From positions 44,578,001 through 44,642,000 of the forward strand of contig OZ024740.1 of NCBI GenBank assembly GCA_964016885.1: a stretch of DNA of 64,000 bases, read 5' to 3'. How positions within the stretch are numbered: position 1 is the stretch's first letter; every line of letters begins with the position of its first letter. Below are positions 49,501-61,844 of this stretch, piece after piece. Made by a program: the position numbers and the translations under genes. The notes beneath the pieces are model-generated. The model did no database searches. It saw nothing but the letters and a program-made list of their open reading frames with translations, and was not told where the DNA came from. The stretch comes from Eledone cirrhosa (Eukaryota).

Positions 49501-52500
49501 ATTGGATGTATTTTATCATGACACTGGCACTACCACTTTACACAGTGTATTGGTTGTATTTTATCATGACACTGGCACTACCACTTTACACAGTGTACTG
49601 GATGTATTTTATCATGACACTGGTACTACCACTTTACACAGTTGACTGGATGTATTTTATCATGACACTGGCACTACCATTTTACACAGTGTATTGGATG
49701 TATTTTATCATGACACTGGCACTACCACTTTACACAGTGTACTGGATGTATTTTATCATGGTACTGGCACTACCACTTTACCCAGTGTATTGGTTGTATT
49801 TTATCATGACACTGGCACTACCACTTTACACAGTGTACTGGATGTATTTTATCGTGACACTGGCACTACCACTTTACACAGTGTATTGGTTGTATTTTAT
49901 CATGACACTGGCACTACCACTTTACACAGTGTACTGGATGTATTTTATCATGGTACTGGCACTACCACTTTACACAGTGTATTGGTTGTATTTTATCATG
50001 ACACTGGATGTATTTTATCATGACACTGGCACTACCACTTTACAGAGTGTATTGGATGTATTTTATCATGCCACTGGCACTACCACTTTACACAGTGTAT
50101 TGGATGTATTTTATCATGACATTGGCACTACCACTTTACACAGTGTATTGGTTGTATTTTATAATGGTACTGGCGCTACCACTTTACACAGTGTATTGGA
50201 TGTATTTTATAATGGTACTGGCACTACCACTTTACACAGTGTATTGGTTGTATTTTATAATGGTACTGGCACTACCACTTTACACAGTGTACTGGTTGTA
50301 TTTTATAATGGTACTGGCACTACCACTTTACACAGTGTACTGGATGTATTTTATAATGGCACTGGCACTACCACTTTACACAGTTGACTGGATGTATTTT
50401 ATAATGGTACTGACACTACAACTTTACACAGTGTACTGGTTGTATTTTATAATGGCACTGGTACTACCACTTTACACAGTGTACTGGTTGTATTATATAA
50501 TGGCACTGGCACTACCACTTTACGGAGTGTATTGGATGTATTTTATAATGGTACTTGCACTACCACTTTACACAGTGTACTGGATGTATTTTATAATGAC
50601 ACTGGCACTACCACTTTACACAGTGTATTGGATGTATTTTATCATGACACTGGCACTACCACTTTACACAGTGTATTGGTTTTTTTTATAATGGTACTGG
50701 CACTACCACTTTACACAGTGTATTGGGTGTATTTTATAATGACACTGGCACTACCACTTTACAGAGTGTACTGGGTGTATTTTATCATGACACTGGCATT
50801 ACCAATTTACACAGTGTAATGGATGTATTCTATAATGGTACTGGCACTACCACTTTAATCAGTGTATTGGGTGTATTTTATAATAACACTGGCACTACCA
50901 CTTTACACAGTGAACTGGGTGTATTTTATAATAACACTGGCACTACCACTTGACACAGTGTATTGGTTGTATTTTATAATAACACAGGCACTACCACTTT
51001 ACACAGTGTATTGGGTGTATTTTATAATAACACTGGCACTACCACTTTACACAGTGTATTGGGTGTCTTTTATAACACTGGCACTACCACTTTACAGAGT
51101 GTATTGGATGTATTTTATCATGACACTGGCACTACCACTTTACACAGTGTATTGGTTGTATTTTATAATGGTACTGGCACTACCACTTTACACAGTGTAT
51201 TGGTTGTATTTTATAATGGTACTGGCACTACTACTTTAAACAGTGTACTGAATATATTTTATCATGAGACTGGCACTACCACTTTACCAAGTGTACTGGA
51301 TGTATTTTATAATGGTACTGGCACTACCACTTTACACAGTGTATTGGTTGTATTTTATAATGGTACTGGCACTACCATTTTACACAGTGTATTGGATGTA
51401 TTTTATCATGACACTGGCACTACCACTTTACACAGTGTATTGGTTGTATTTTATCATGACACTGGCACTACCACTTTACACAGTGTACTGGATGTATTTT
51501 ATCATGACACTGGTACTACCACTTTACACAGTTGACTGGATGTATTTTATCATGACACTGGCACTACCATTTTACACAGTGTATTGGATGTATTTTATCA
51601 TGACACTGGCACTACCACTTTACACAGTGTACTGGATGTATTTTATCATGGTACTGGCACTACCACTTTACCCAGTGTATTGGTTGTATTTTATCATGAC
51701 ACTGGCACTACCACTTTACACAGTGTACTGGATGTATTTTATCGTGACACTGGCACTACCACTTTACACAGTGTATTGGTTGTATTTTATCATGACACTG
51801 GCACTACCACTTTACACAGTGTACTGGATGTATTTTATCATGGTACTGGCACTACCACTTTACACAGTGTATTGGTTGTATTTTATCATGACACTGGATG
51901 TATTTTATCATGACACTGGCACTACCACTTTACAGAGTGTATTGGATGTATTTTATCATGCCACTGGCACTACCACTTTACACTATGTATTGGGTGTATT
52001 TTATCATGACACTGGCACTACCACTTTACACAGTGTATAGGTTGTATTTTATAATGGCACTGGTACTACCACTTTACACAGTGTATTGTATGTATTTTAT
52101 ATTGGCACTGGCACTACCACTTTACACAGTTTATTGTTTGTATTTCATAACACTGGCACTACCACTTTAATCAGTGTATTGGTTGTATTTAATAATGGTA
52201 CTGGCACTACTACTTTACACAGTGTATTGGTTGTATTTTATCGTGACACTGGCACTACCACTTTACAGTGTGTATTGGTTGTATTTTATTATGACACTGG
52301 CACTACTACTTTACACAGTGTATTGGTTGTATTTTATCATGACACTGGCACTACCACTTTACACAGTGTATTGGTTGTATTTTATAATGGTACTGGCACT
52401 ACCACTTTACACAGTGTATTGGATGTATTTTATAATGGTACTGGCACTACCACTTTACACAATGTATTGGATGTATTTTATAATGGTACTGGCACTACCA

Positions 52501-55500
52501 CTTTACAGAGTGTATTGGATGTATTTTATAATGGTACTGACACTACCACTTTACACAGTGTACTGGTTGTATTTTATAATGGTACTGACACTACCACTTT
52601 ACAGAGTGTATTGGATGTATTTTATAATGGTACTGACACTACCACTTTACACAGTGTACTGGATGTATTTTATAATGGTACTGACACTACCACTTTACAG
52701 AGTGTATTGGATGTATTTTATAATGGTACTGGCACTACCACTTTACACAGTGTACTGGATGTATTTTATAATGGTACTGACACTACCACTTTACACAGTG
52801 TATTGGATGTATTTTATAATGGTACTGACACTACCACTTTACAGAGTGTACTGGATGTATTTTATAATGGCACTGGCACTACCACTTTACAGAGTGTATT
52901 GGATGTATTTTATAATGGTACTGGCACTACCACTTTAATCAGTGTATTGCGTGTATTTTATAATGGTACTGGCACTACCACTTTACACAGTGTATTGGTT
53001 GTATTTTATAATGGTACTGGCACTACCACTTTACACAGTTGACTGGATGTATTTTATAATGGTACTGGCACTACCACTTTACACTGTGTATTGGTTGTAT
53101 TTTATAATGGTACTGGCACTACAACTTTACACAGTGTACTGGGTGTATTTTATTATGGTACTGGCACTACTACTTTACACAGTGTATTGGTTGTATTTTA
53201 TAATGGTACTGGCACTACCACTTTGCACACTGTATTGGTTGTATTTCATCATGACACTGGCACTACCACTTTACACAGTGTATTGGTTGTATTTTATAAT
53301 GGTACTGGCACTACCACTTTACACAGTGTATTGGGTGTATTTTATAATGACACTGGCACTACCACTTTACAGAGTGTACTGGGTGTATTTTATCATGACA
53401 CTGGCATTACCACTTTACACACTGTAATGGATGTATTCTATAATGGTACTGGCACTACCACTTTAATCAGTGTATTGGGTGTATTTTATAATAACACTGG
53501 CACTACCACTTGACACAGTGTATTGGTTGTATTTTATAATAACACAGGCACTACCACTTTACACAGTGTATTGGGTGTATTTTATAATAACACTGGCACT
53601 ACCACTTTACACAGTGTATTGGGTGTCTTTTATAACACTGGCACTACCACTTTACAGAGTGTATTGGATGTATTTTATAATGGCACTGGCACTACCACTT
53701 TACAGAGTGTATTGGATGTATTTTATAATGGTACTGACACTACAACTTTACACAGTGTACTGGATGTATTTTATAATGGCACTGGCACTACCACTTTACA
53801 GAGTGTATTGGATGTATTTTATAATGGTACTGACACTACAACTTTACACAGTGTACTGGTTGTATTTTATAATGGCACTGGTACTACCACTTTACACATT
53901 GTACTGGTTGTATTTTATAATGACACTGGCACTACCACTTTACACAGTGTATTGGTTGTATTTTATCATGACACTGGCACTACCACTTTACACAATGTTT
54001 TGGTTGTATTTTATAATGGTACTGGCACTACCACTTTACAGAGTGTATTGGATGTATTTTATAATGGTACTGGCACTACCACTTTACACAGTGTACTGGA
54101 TGTATTTTATAATGGCACTGGCACTACCACTTTACAGAGTGTATTGGATGTATTTTATAATGGTACTGACACTACAACTTTACACAGTGTACTGGATGTA
54201 TTTTATAATGGCACTGGTACTACCACTTTACAGAGTGTATTGGATGTATTTTATAATGGTACTGGCACTACCACTTTACACAGTGTACTGGATGTATTTT
54301 ATAATGACACTGGCACTACCACTTTACACAGTGTATTGGTTGTATTTTATCGTGACACTGGTACTACCACTTTACACAGTGAAATGGATGTATTTTATCA
54401 TGACACTGGCACTACTACTTTACACAGTGTATTGGATGTATTTTATAATGGTACTGGTACTACCACTTTACAGAGTGTATTGGATGTATTTTATAATGGT
54501 ACTGGTACTACCACTTTACAGAGTGTATTGGATGTATTTTATAATGACACTGGCACTACCACTTTACAAAGTGTACTGGGTGTATTTTATCATGACACTG
54601 GCATTACCACTTTACACAGTGTAATGGATGTATTTTATAATGGTACTAGCACTACCACTTTAATCAGTGTATTGGGTGTATTTTATAATAACACTGGCAC
54701 TACCACTTTACACAGTGAATTGGGTGTATTTTATAATAACACTGGCACTACCACTTTACACAGTGTATTGGTTGTATTTTATAATAACACTGGCACTACC
54801 ACTTTACACAGTGTATTGGGTGTATTTTATAATAACACTGGCACTACCACTTTACACAGTGTATTGGGTGTATTTTATAATAACACTGGCACTACCACTT
54901 TACAGAGTGTATTGGATGTATTTTATCATGACACTGGCACTACCACTTTACACAGTGTATTGGTTGTATTTTATAATGGTACTGGCACTACCACTTTACA
55001 CAGTGTATTGGTTGTATTTTATAATGGTACTGGCACTACTACTTTAAACAGTGTACTGAATGTATTTTATCATGAGACTGGCACTACCACTTTACCAAGT
55101 GTACTGGATGTATTTTATAATGGTACTGGCACTACCACTTTACACAGTGTATTGGTTGTATTTTATAATGGTACTGGCACTACCACTTTACACAGTGTAT
55201 TGGATGTATTTTATCATGACACTGGCACTACCACTTTAGACAGTGTATTGGTTGTATTTTATCATGACACTGGCACTACCACTTTACACAGTGTACTGAA
55301 TGTATTTTATCATGACACCGACACTACCACTTTACACAGTGTACTGGATGTATTTTATCATGACACTGGCACTACCACTTTACACAGTGTATTGGTTGTA
55401 TTTCATCATGACACTGGATGTATTTTATCATGACACTGGCACTACCACTTTACACTATGTATTGGGTGTATTTTATCATGACACTGGCACTACCACTTTA

Positions 55501-58465
55501 CACAGTGTATTGATTGTATTTTATAATGGCACTGGCACTACCACTTTACACAGTGTATTGGTTGTATTTTATAATGGCACTGGTACTACCACTTTACACA
55601 GTGTATTGTATGTATTTTATATTGGCACTGGCACTACCACTTTACACAGTTTATTGTTTGTATTTCATAATAACACTGGCACTACCACTTTAATCAGTGT
55701 ATTGGATGTATTTTATAATGGCACTGAAACTACTACTTTACACAGTGTATTGGTTGTATTTTATCGTGACACTGGCACTACCACTTTACACAGTGTATTG
55801 GTTGTATTTTATCATGACACTGGCACTACCACTTTACACAGTGTATTGGTTGTATTTTATCATGACACTGGCACTACCACTTTACACAGTGTACTGGATG
55901 TATTTTATCATGACAGTGGCACTACCACTTTACACAGTGTACTGGATGTATTTTATAATGACACTGGCGCTACCACTTTACACAGTGTACTGGATGTATT
56001 TTATAATGGTACTGGCACTACCACTTTACACAGTGTATTGGTTGTATTTTATAATGGTACTGGCACTACCACTTTACACAGTGTATTGGTTGTATTTTAT
56101 AATGGCACTGGCACTACCACTTTACACAGTGTATTGGATGTATTTTATAATGGTACTGGCACTACCACTTTACACAGTGTATTGGTTGTATTTTATAATG
56201 GTACTGGCACTACCACTTTACACAGTGTATTAGATGTATTTTATCATGACTCTGGCACTACCACTTTACACAGTGTACTGGTTGTATTTTATAATGGTAC
56301 TGGCACTACCACTTTACACAGTGTATTGGATGTATTTTATCATGACTCTGGCACTACCACTTTACACAGTGTACTGGTTGTATTTTATAATGGTACTGGC
56401 ACTACCACTTTACACAGTGTATTGGATGTATTTTATCATGACTCTGGCACCACCACTTCACACAGTGTTTTGGGTGTATTTTATCATGGTACTGGCACTA
56501 CCACTTTACACAGTGTATTGGATTATTTTATCATGACACTGGCACTACCACTTTGCACAGTGTATTGGATTATTTCATTGTGACTCTGGCACTACTACTT
56601 TATACAGTGTATTGGTTGTATTTTATCATGACACTGGCACTACCACTTTACACAGTGTATTGGTTGTATTTTATCATGACACTGGCACTACCACTCTACA
56701 CAATGTATTGGTTGTATTTTATCATGACACTGGCACTACCACTTTACAGAGTGTATTGGATGTATTTTATAATGCTACTGGCACTACCACTTTACACAAT
56801 GTATTGGTTGTATTTTATAATGGTACTGGCACTACAACTTTACACAGTGTACTGGATGTATTTTATAATGACACTGGCACTACCACTTTACACAATGTAT
56901 TGGTTGTATTTTATAATGGTACTGGCACTACAACTTTACACAGTGTATTGGATGTATTTTATAATGGTACTGGCACTACAACTTTACACAGTGTATTGGA
57001 TGTATTTTATAATGACACTGGCACTACCACTTTACACAGTGTACTGGATGTATTTTATCATGACACTGGCACTACCACTTTACACAATGTATTGGTTGTA
57101 TTTTATAATGGTACTGGCACTACAACTTTACACAGTGTACTGGATGTATTTTATAATGACACTGGCACTACCACTTTACACAATGTATTGGTTGTATTTT
57201 ATAATGGTACTGGCACTACAACTTTACACAGTGTATTGGATGTATTTTATAATGACACTGGCACTACCACTTTACACAGTCTACTGGATGTATTTTATCA
57301 TGACACTGGTACTACCACTTTACACAGTGTATTGGTTGTATTTTATAATGACACTGGCACTACCACCTTACACAGTGAAATGGATGTATTTTATCATGAC
57401 ACTGACACTACCACTTTGCAGAGTGTATTGGATGTATTTTATAATGACACTGGCACTACCACTTTACACAGTGTATTGAATGTATTTTATAATGACACTG
57501 GCACTACCACTTTACACAGTGTATTGAATGTATTTTATAATGACACTGGCACTACCACTTTACACAGTGTACTGGATGTATTTTATCATGACACTGGCAC
57601 TACCACTTTACACAGTGTACTGGATGTATTTTATAATGACACTGGCGCTACCACTTTACACAGTGTACTGGATGTATTTTATCATGACACTGGCACTACC
57701 ACTTTACACAGTGTATTGGATCTATTTTATCATGACACTGGCACTACCACTTTACACAGTGTACTGGATGTATTTTATCATAACACTAGCACTACTACTT
57801 TACACAGTGTATTGGATGTATTTTATCATGACACTGTCCCTACCACTTTACACAGTGTACTGGATGTATTTTATCATGACACTGGCACTACCACTTTACA
57901 CAGTGTATTGGATGTATTTTATTATGGTACTGACACTACCACTTTACACAGTGTATTGGTTGTATTTTATCATGACACTGGCACTACCACTTTACACAGT
58001 GTACTGGATGTATTTTATCATGACACTGGCACTACCACTTTACACAGTGTATTGGATGTATTTTATCATGACACTGGCACTACCACTTTACACAGTGTAT
58101 TGGATGTATTTTATCATGACACTGGCACTACCACTTTACACAGTGTACTGAATGTATTTTATCATAACACTGGCACTACTACTTTGCACAGTGTATTGGA
58201 TGTATTTTATCATGACACTGGCCCTACCACTTTACACAGTGTACTGGATGTATTTTATCATGACACTGGCACTACCACTTTACACAGTGTACTGGATGTA
58301 TTTTATCATGACACTGGCACTACCACTTTAAACATTGTATTGATTGTATTTTATTATGACACTGGCACTACCACTTTACACAGTGTATTAGATGTATTTT
58401 ATCATGACAGTGTCGCTACCGCTTTACACAGTCTATTGGTTGTATTTTATCATGGCACCGGTACT
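34523..58465. repeat. ~24-kb satellite of about 500 x 48-bp units, consensus GGCACTACCACTTTACACAGTGTATTGG(A/T/G)TGTATTTTAT(AATGGT/CATGAC)ACT, with higher-order repeats
   Basis: 48-bp periodicity visible directly; blocks recur at offsets 860, 1890, 3206, 4641/4689 and 5405 bp. Confidence 0.99.
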
Positions 58466-59494
58466 AGGGACATTGTTTTGTCCTTGACATAACTGAATAT
58501 TCCTCTGTGCTCATAAATTCTAAGGCTGCAGGCTCAGGCATTCAGTATATTGAACAGAGGGAGGTATAAATATCTTGGCCTTAAATAACTTGACTTTAAA
58601 ACATAACTTTGATGAACTCCATTAGCAATTTCAAAGGTTTTTAATCTCTCTGTTTCTAAGCAGTGTAATTAATTAGCAGGGCATTGTAATTAGTAGCTTA
58701 TTCAAGAAATACTGCCGAAATTTGAAATTTGAAATAGATGCAATGATAATTGTCAATCTTTATAAATAAGAGTTTAGAAAATTGCATAAAGTTGCTATGG
58801 AGACAGAAAAAGTGGACAGAGGTGCTTCTGTTCATTTTCCTTCATCTCTATGGATATTTTACGTGGTTTTTCTCAAATGTCATTTATTTTGATTGTTTAT
58901 TTTTATGGTCATCTGTGTTGGGACACACATATTTCAAATTTAAGAATTTATTGATTTGGGAAAGCTTGAAGTGGTCTACTATATTGGCAAACATTGATGC
59001 TGTGTAGCTCCAAGCTTTGCTCCCCAGTATAACCTGTAACGTGGTTGGTGTAAGGAAAGGAATATAACTATAGAAATCATAGTATGTATGAGCATGACCT
59101 AGTCCACAGATCTTTCCAGCCATGTACTGTGACACATCCACCATATTCTAAATGCTGATGATGGTGATGATAACTACACTTTCCAATATTATTCCTTTTT
59201 CAAAGAAATAGGTTGTGATTTGAGGAATATTTGGCTGTTAATTCAGGTAGGTTGACACAATAGCTAGAGGCTTCATTGTTTGCTCAAAGTATAATAAGTA
59301 GGTTTGAATCTGAAGATGTAATGATATACTCTATTTCTTTGATGTAAAACAGCTTAATCTCACTAGAACAGACGAATGGATATATTTCTGACATACAAAA
59401 GAAATTGTCAAAAAGCAACTCAGAAATAGTAAAATACTATGAAGTTAGTAATAGATTACAGTTTGAAAGGAAAAAAATATGGAAAGAGAAGAAT

Positions 59495-59526
<32 letters not shown>

Positions 59527-59541
59527 TCCCTCTCTCTCTCG

Positions 59542-59589
<48 letters not shown>

Positions 59590-59978
59590 TCATCATCATC
59601 ATCAATGTTTAATGTCCGTGTTCCACGCTTGCATGGGTTTGGACGGGGGTAGTCCCACTTGAGGCAAGAGTGATTGTCTTGCTCGCATAGGACTGTCTGG
59701 CAGGTTTTCTACAGTTGCCCTTCCTAACACCAACCACATTTACAGTGTGGGTCTGGGAGGTTTTTACCGTGTTGCCTACACGGCCACATTACAGCGTGGA
59801 CTGTGTGTTTTTTTTGTCGTGACACCTACACGATCTCATTTGTTTCGGCCTGGGTGGTGTGGCACCAACATAACTTTACATAGAACGGGGTGGTGTGGAT
59901 GGGGTGGGGGTGGTGTTGGTGGGACGGGGGGTATTTTGTTAGAGATGCCTACTGGCTGTAGTAGGTTTTACTATGTAT

Positions 59979-61844
59979 TTAGGTAAGGCGGGTCTTCTCT
60001 GTTACTGAGTACCGCCAAAGGACTCGGTCCAGTGACATTGTCTTGGAGAGGTGTAAGTGTGTGAGGTCGGAGTTTATCAGCTCGTCCCAGGTTTTTCTAG
60101 GTCTGCCTATTCCGTGGCTACCGTCTATCTTTATTGCCCTGCACTTTTTTATACAGCTATCAACTTTCATGCGCATCACGTGTCCATACCAACGTAGCCT
60201 TCTCTCGAGTAAACAACATCTGATCCCTCTTATTTCTAATTTTTTCCTTAGTTCGTTTATGCTTTGCCGTTCACGTATATTACTGTTACACATCCAGCGG
60301 AGCATGCAAGCTTCGTTCCTCTCTAGTCTGCGTATATCCTCTGCACACAATGCCCAGGTCTCACTGCCATGCAACATTGCTGTTCGTATGCAGGCATCGT
60401 ACAACCTGCCTTTCATTTTTAGGGAGAACCCTTTAGCAGCTAATAGTGGTATAAGCTCTCTGAACTTTTTCCAACCAGTTCTGACTCTAGCTACTGTACT
60501 TTCAGAGCACCCTCCCCCACTGCTGATTTTATCACCCAGGTAACGGAAGCTGTCCACTATTTCTATAGAACCTTCTGCGCAATTGAAAGAGCTAGTATTT
60601 TGTGGGCACTTGCTGCTACTTATTGCACCAGAGCACCGGCCACATGTAAAATCTATGTTCTTAGTTAGCTTACCTGTGATCCCACTACATCTTTTATGCA
60701 CCCATACTTTGCATTTAGGACATAAAATGGAGTTTCTACCTACGCCTTTCCTACACACCGAGCACGACCATTTCCCAGAAGGGACCGCCGCCTTATTTTC
60801 TTTCCTACAAACTAGTACTTTGGTCTTAGCCAGGTTAATTTTAAGTCCTTTTGATTCTAGGCCGTGCTTCCATGTTTGGAATTTCTTCTCTAGCTCGGCC
60901 ATTGATTCCGCTATGAGTGTCAGGTCGTCTGCATATAGGAGTTCCCATGGGCAGCCGGTCTTGAACTCCTCTGTTATAGCCTGAAGGGCAATAATAAATA
61001 GTAGGGGGCTGAAAACAGAGCCCTGATGGAGGCCAACTTTTACACTAAACTCTTCACTATATTCGTTGTTAATTCTAACCTTGCTGACTGTTTCTTTATA
61101 CATGGCTTGTATAGCTCTCACAAGCCATTCGTCAACGCCTAGTTTTCTAAGAGCCCACCAGATAATGGAGCGGGGGACTCTGTCGCAGGCTTTCTCCAAG
61201 TCGACAAAAGCTAAGTAGAGGGGTTTACCTTTAGCTAGGTACTTCTCCTGTAGTTGTCGTACAATGAAAAGAGCGTCTGTGGTACTTTTGCCTGACACAA
61301 ACCCGAACTGCATTTCATCTAGATCAATTCTCTCTCTGATTAGTTGTGCTATTACTTTTTCCGTGACCTTCATAACCTGGTCGATTAATTTAATGCCTCT
61401 ATAGTTACTCCTATCTAGGGCGTCTCCTTTACCCTTATAACAGTTAACGATGATGCTGCTATGCCAGTCCTTAGGAACAACCCCATTCTGTACGACTTGG
61501 TTAACTATGCGGGTGACCATGGTGTGTCCCACCGTGCCAGATGCCTTCAGCATCTCAGCAACTATTTCCGAAGGCCCAGCCGCCTTACCTGTCTTCATAT
61601 CCTTGATTGCCTTACTTATTATACTCCCCTCGACTAACACTGCTGGTCCCTCTATTGGGTCGATATGGGGGAGTCTGTCTTTCTCCCATTTATTCTCCTC
61701 ATTTAGTAGCCTTTCATAGTGACACTTCCAAGCTACCTTCTTATCAGCATCGGTGATGGCAAGTATGCCATCATCGTTAAGTACACACTTCTCCCCGACA
61801 ATATCACGGTTTTCCTTGACGCATTGCCTAGCAATCCTGAACAC
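59979..61844 (-). CDS. RTE ORF, C-terminal part: reverse transcriptase, PHD-like finger and C-terminus
   Basis: KAAGPS, NYRGIKL, QFGF, FVDLEKA, QGS, YADD, C4HC3 motif, RLRWYGH, GRPRKTW. Confidence 0.9.
   Translation of the reverse strand: MFRIARQCVKENRDIVGEKCVLNDDGILAITDADKKVAWKCHYERLLNEENKWEKDRLPHIDPIEGPAVLVEGSIISKAIKDMKTGKAAGPSEIVAEMLKASGTVGHTMVTRIVNQVVQNGVVPKDWHSSIIVNCYKGKGDALDRSNYRGIKLIDQVMKVTEKVIAQLIRERIDLDEMQFGFVSGKSTTDALFIVRQLQEKYLAKGKPLYLAFVDLEKACDRVPRSIIWWALRKLGVDEWLVRAIQAMYKETVSKVRINNEYSEEFSVKVGLHQGSVFSPLLFIIALQAITEEFKTGCPWELLYADDLTLIAESMAELEKKFQTWKHGLESKGLKINLAKTKVLVCRKENKAAVPSGKWSCSVCRKGVGRNSILCPKCKVWVHKRCSGITGKLTKNIDFTCGRCSGAISSSKCPQNTSSFNCAEGSIEIVDSFRYLGDKISSGGGCSESTVARVRTGWKKFRELIPLLAAKGFSLKMKGRLYDACIRTAMLHGSETWALCAEDIRRLERNEACMLRWMCNSNIRERQSINELRKKLEIRGIRCCLLERRLRWYGHVMRMKVDSCIKKCRAIKIDGSHGIGRPRKTWDELINSDLTHLHLSKTMSLDRVLWRYSVTEKTRLT

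Noticed and set aside
34523-58465. CRISPR-like array
   Set aside because: There are no unique spacers, units vary only by point changes, no cas genes are present and the context is eukaryotic
34523-58465. CACAGTG in each unit resembles the V(D)J RSS heptamer or a Transib end
   Set aside because: No ACAAAAACC-like nonamer at 12/23 spacing and no RAG/Transib ORF nearby; the motif is explained by the retroposon UTR-like unit
34444-58492. Long ORFs encoding (TTTLHSVLDVFYNGTG)n with N-glycosylation sequons, or hydrophobic (MVLALPLYTVYWLYFI)n
   Set aside because: They arise because the 48-bp unit is a multiple of 3 and lacks stops in two frames. Indels switch frames freely, stops are scattered and the common variants are non-synonymous, so there is no sign of coding constraint. 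Transcription cannot be excluded.
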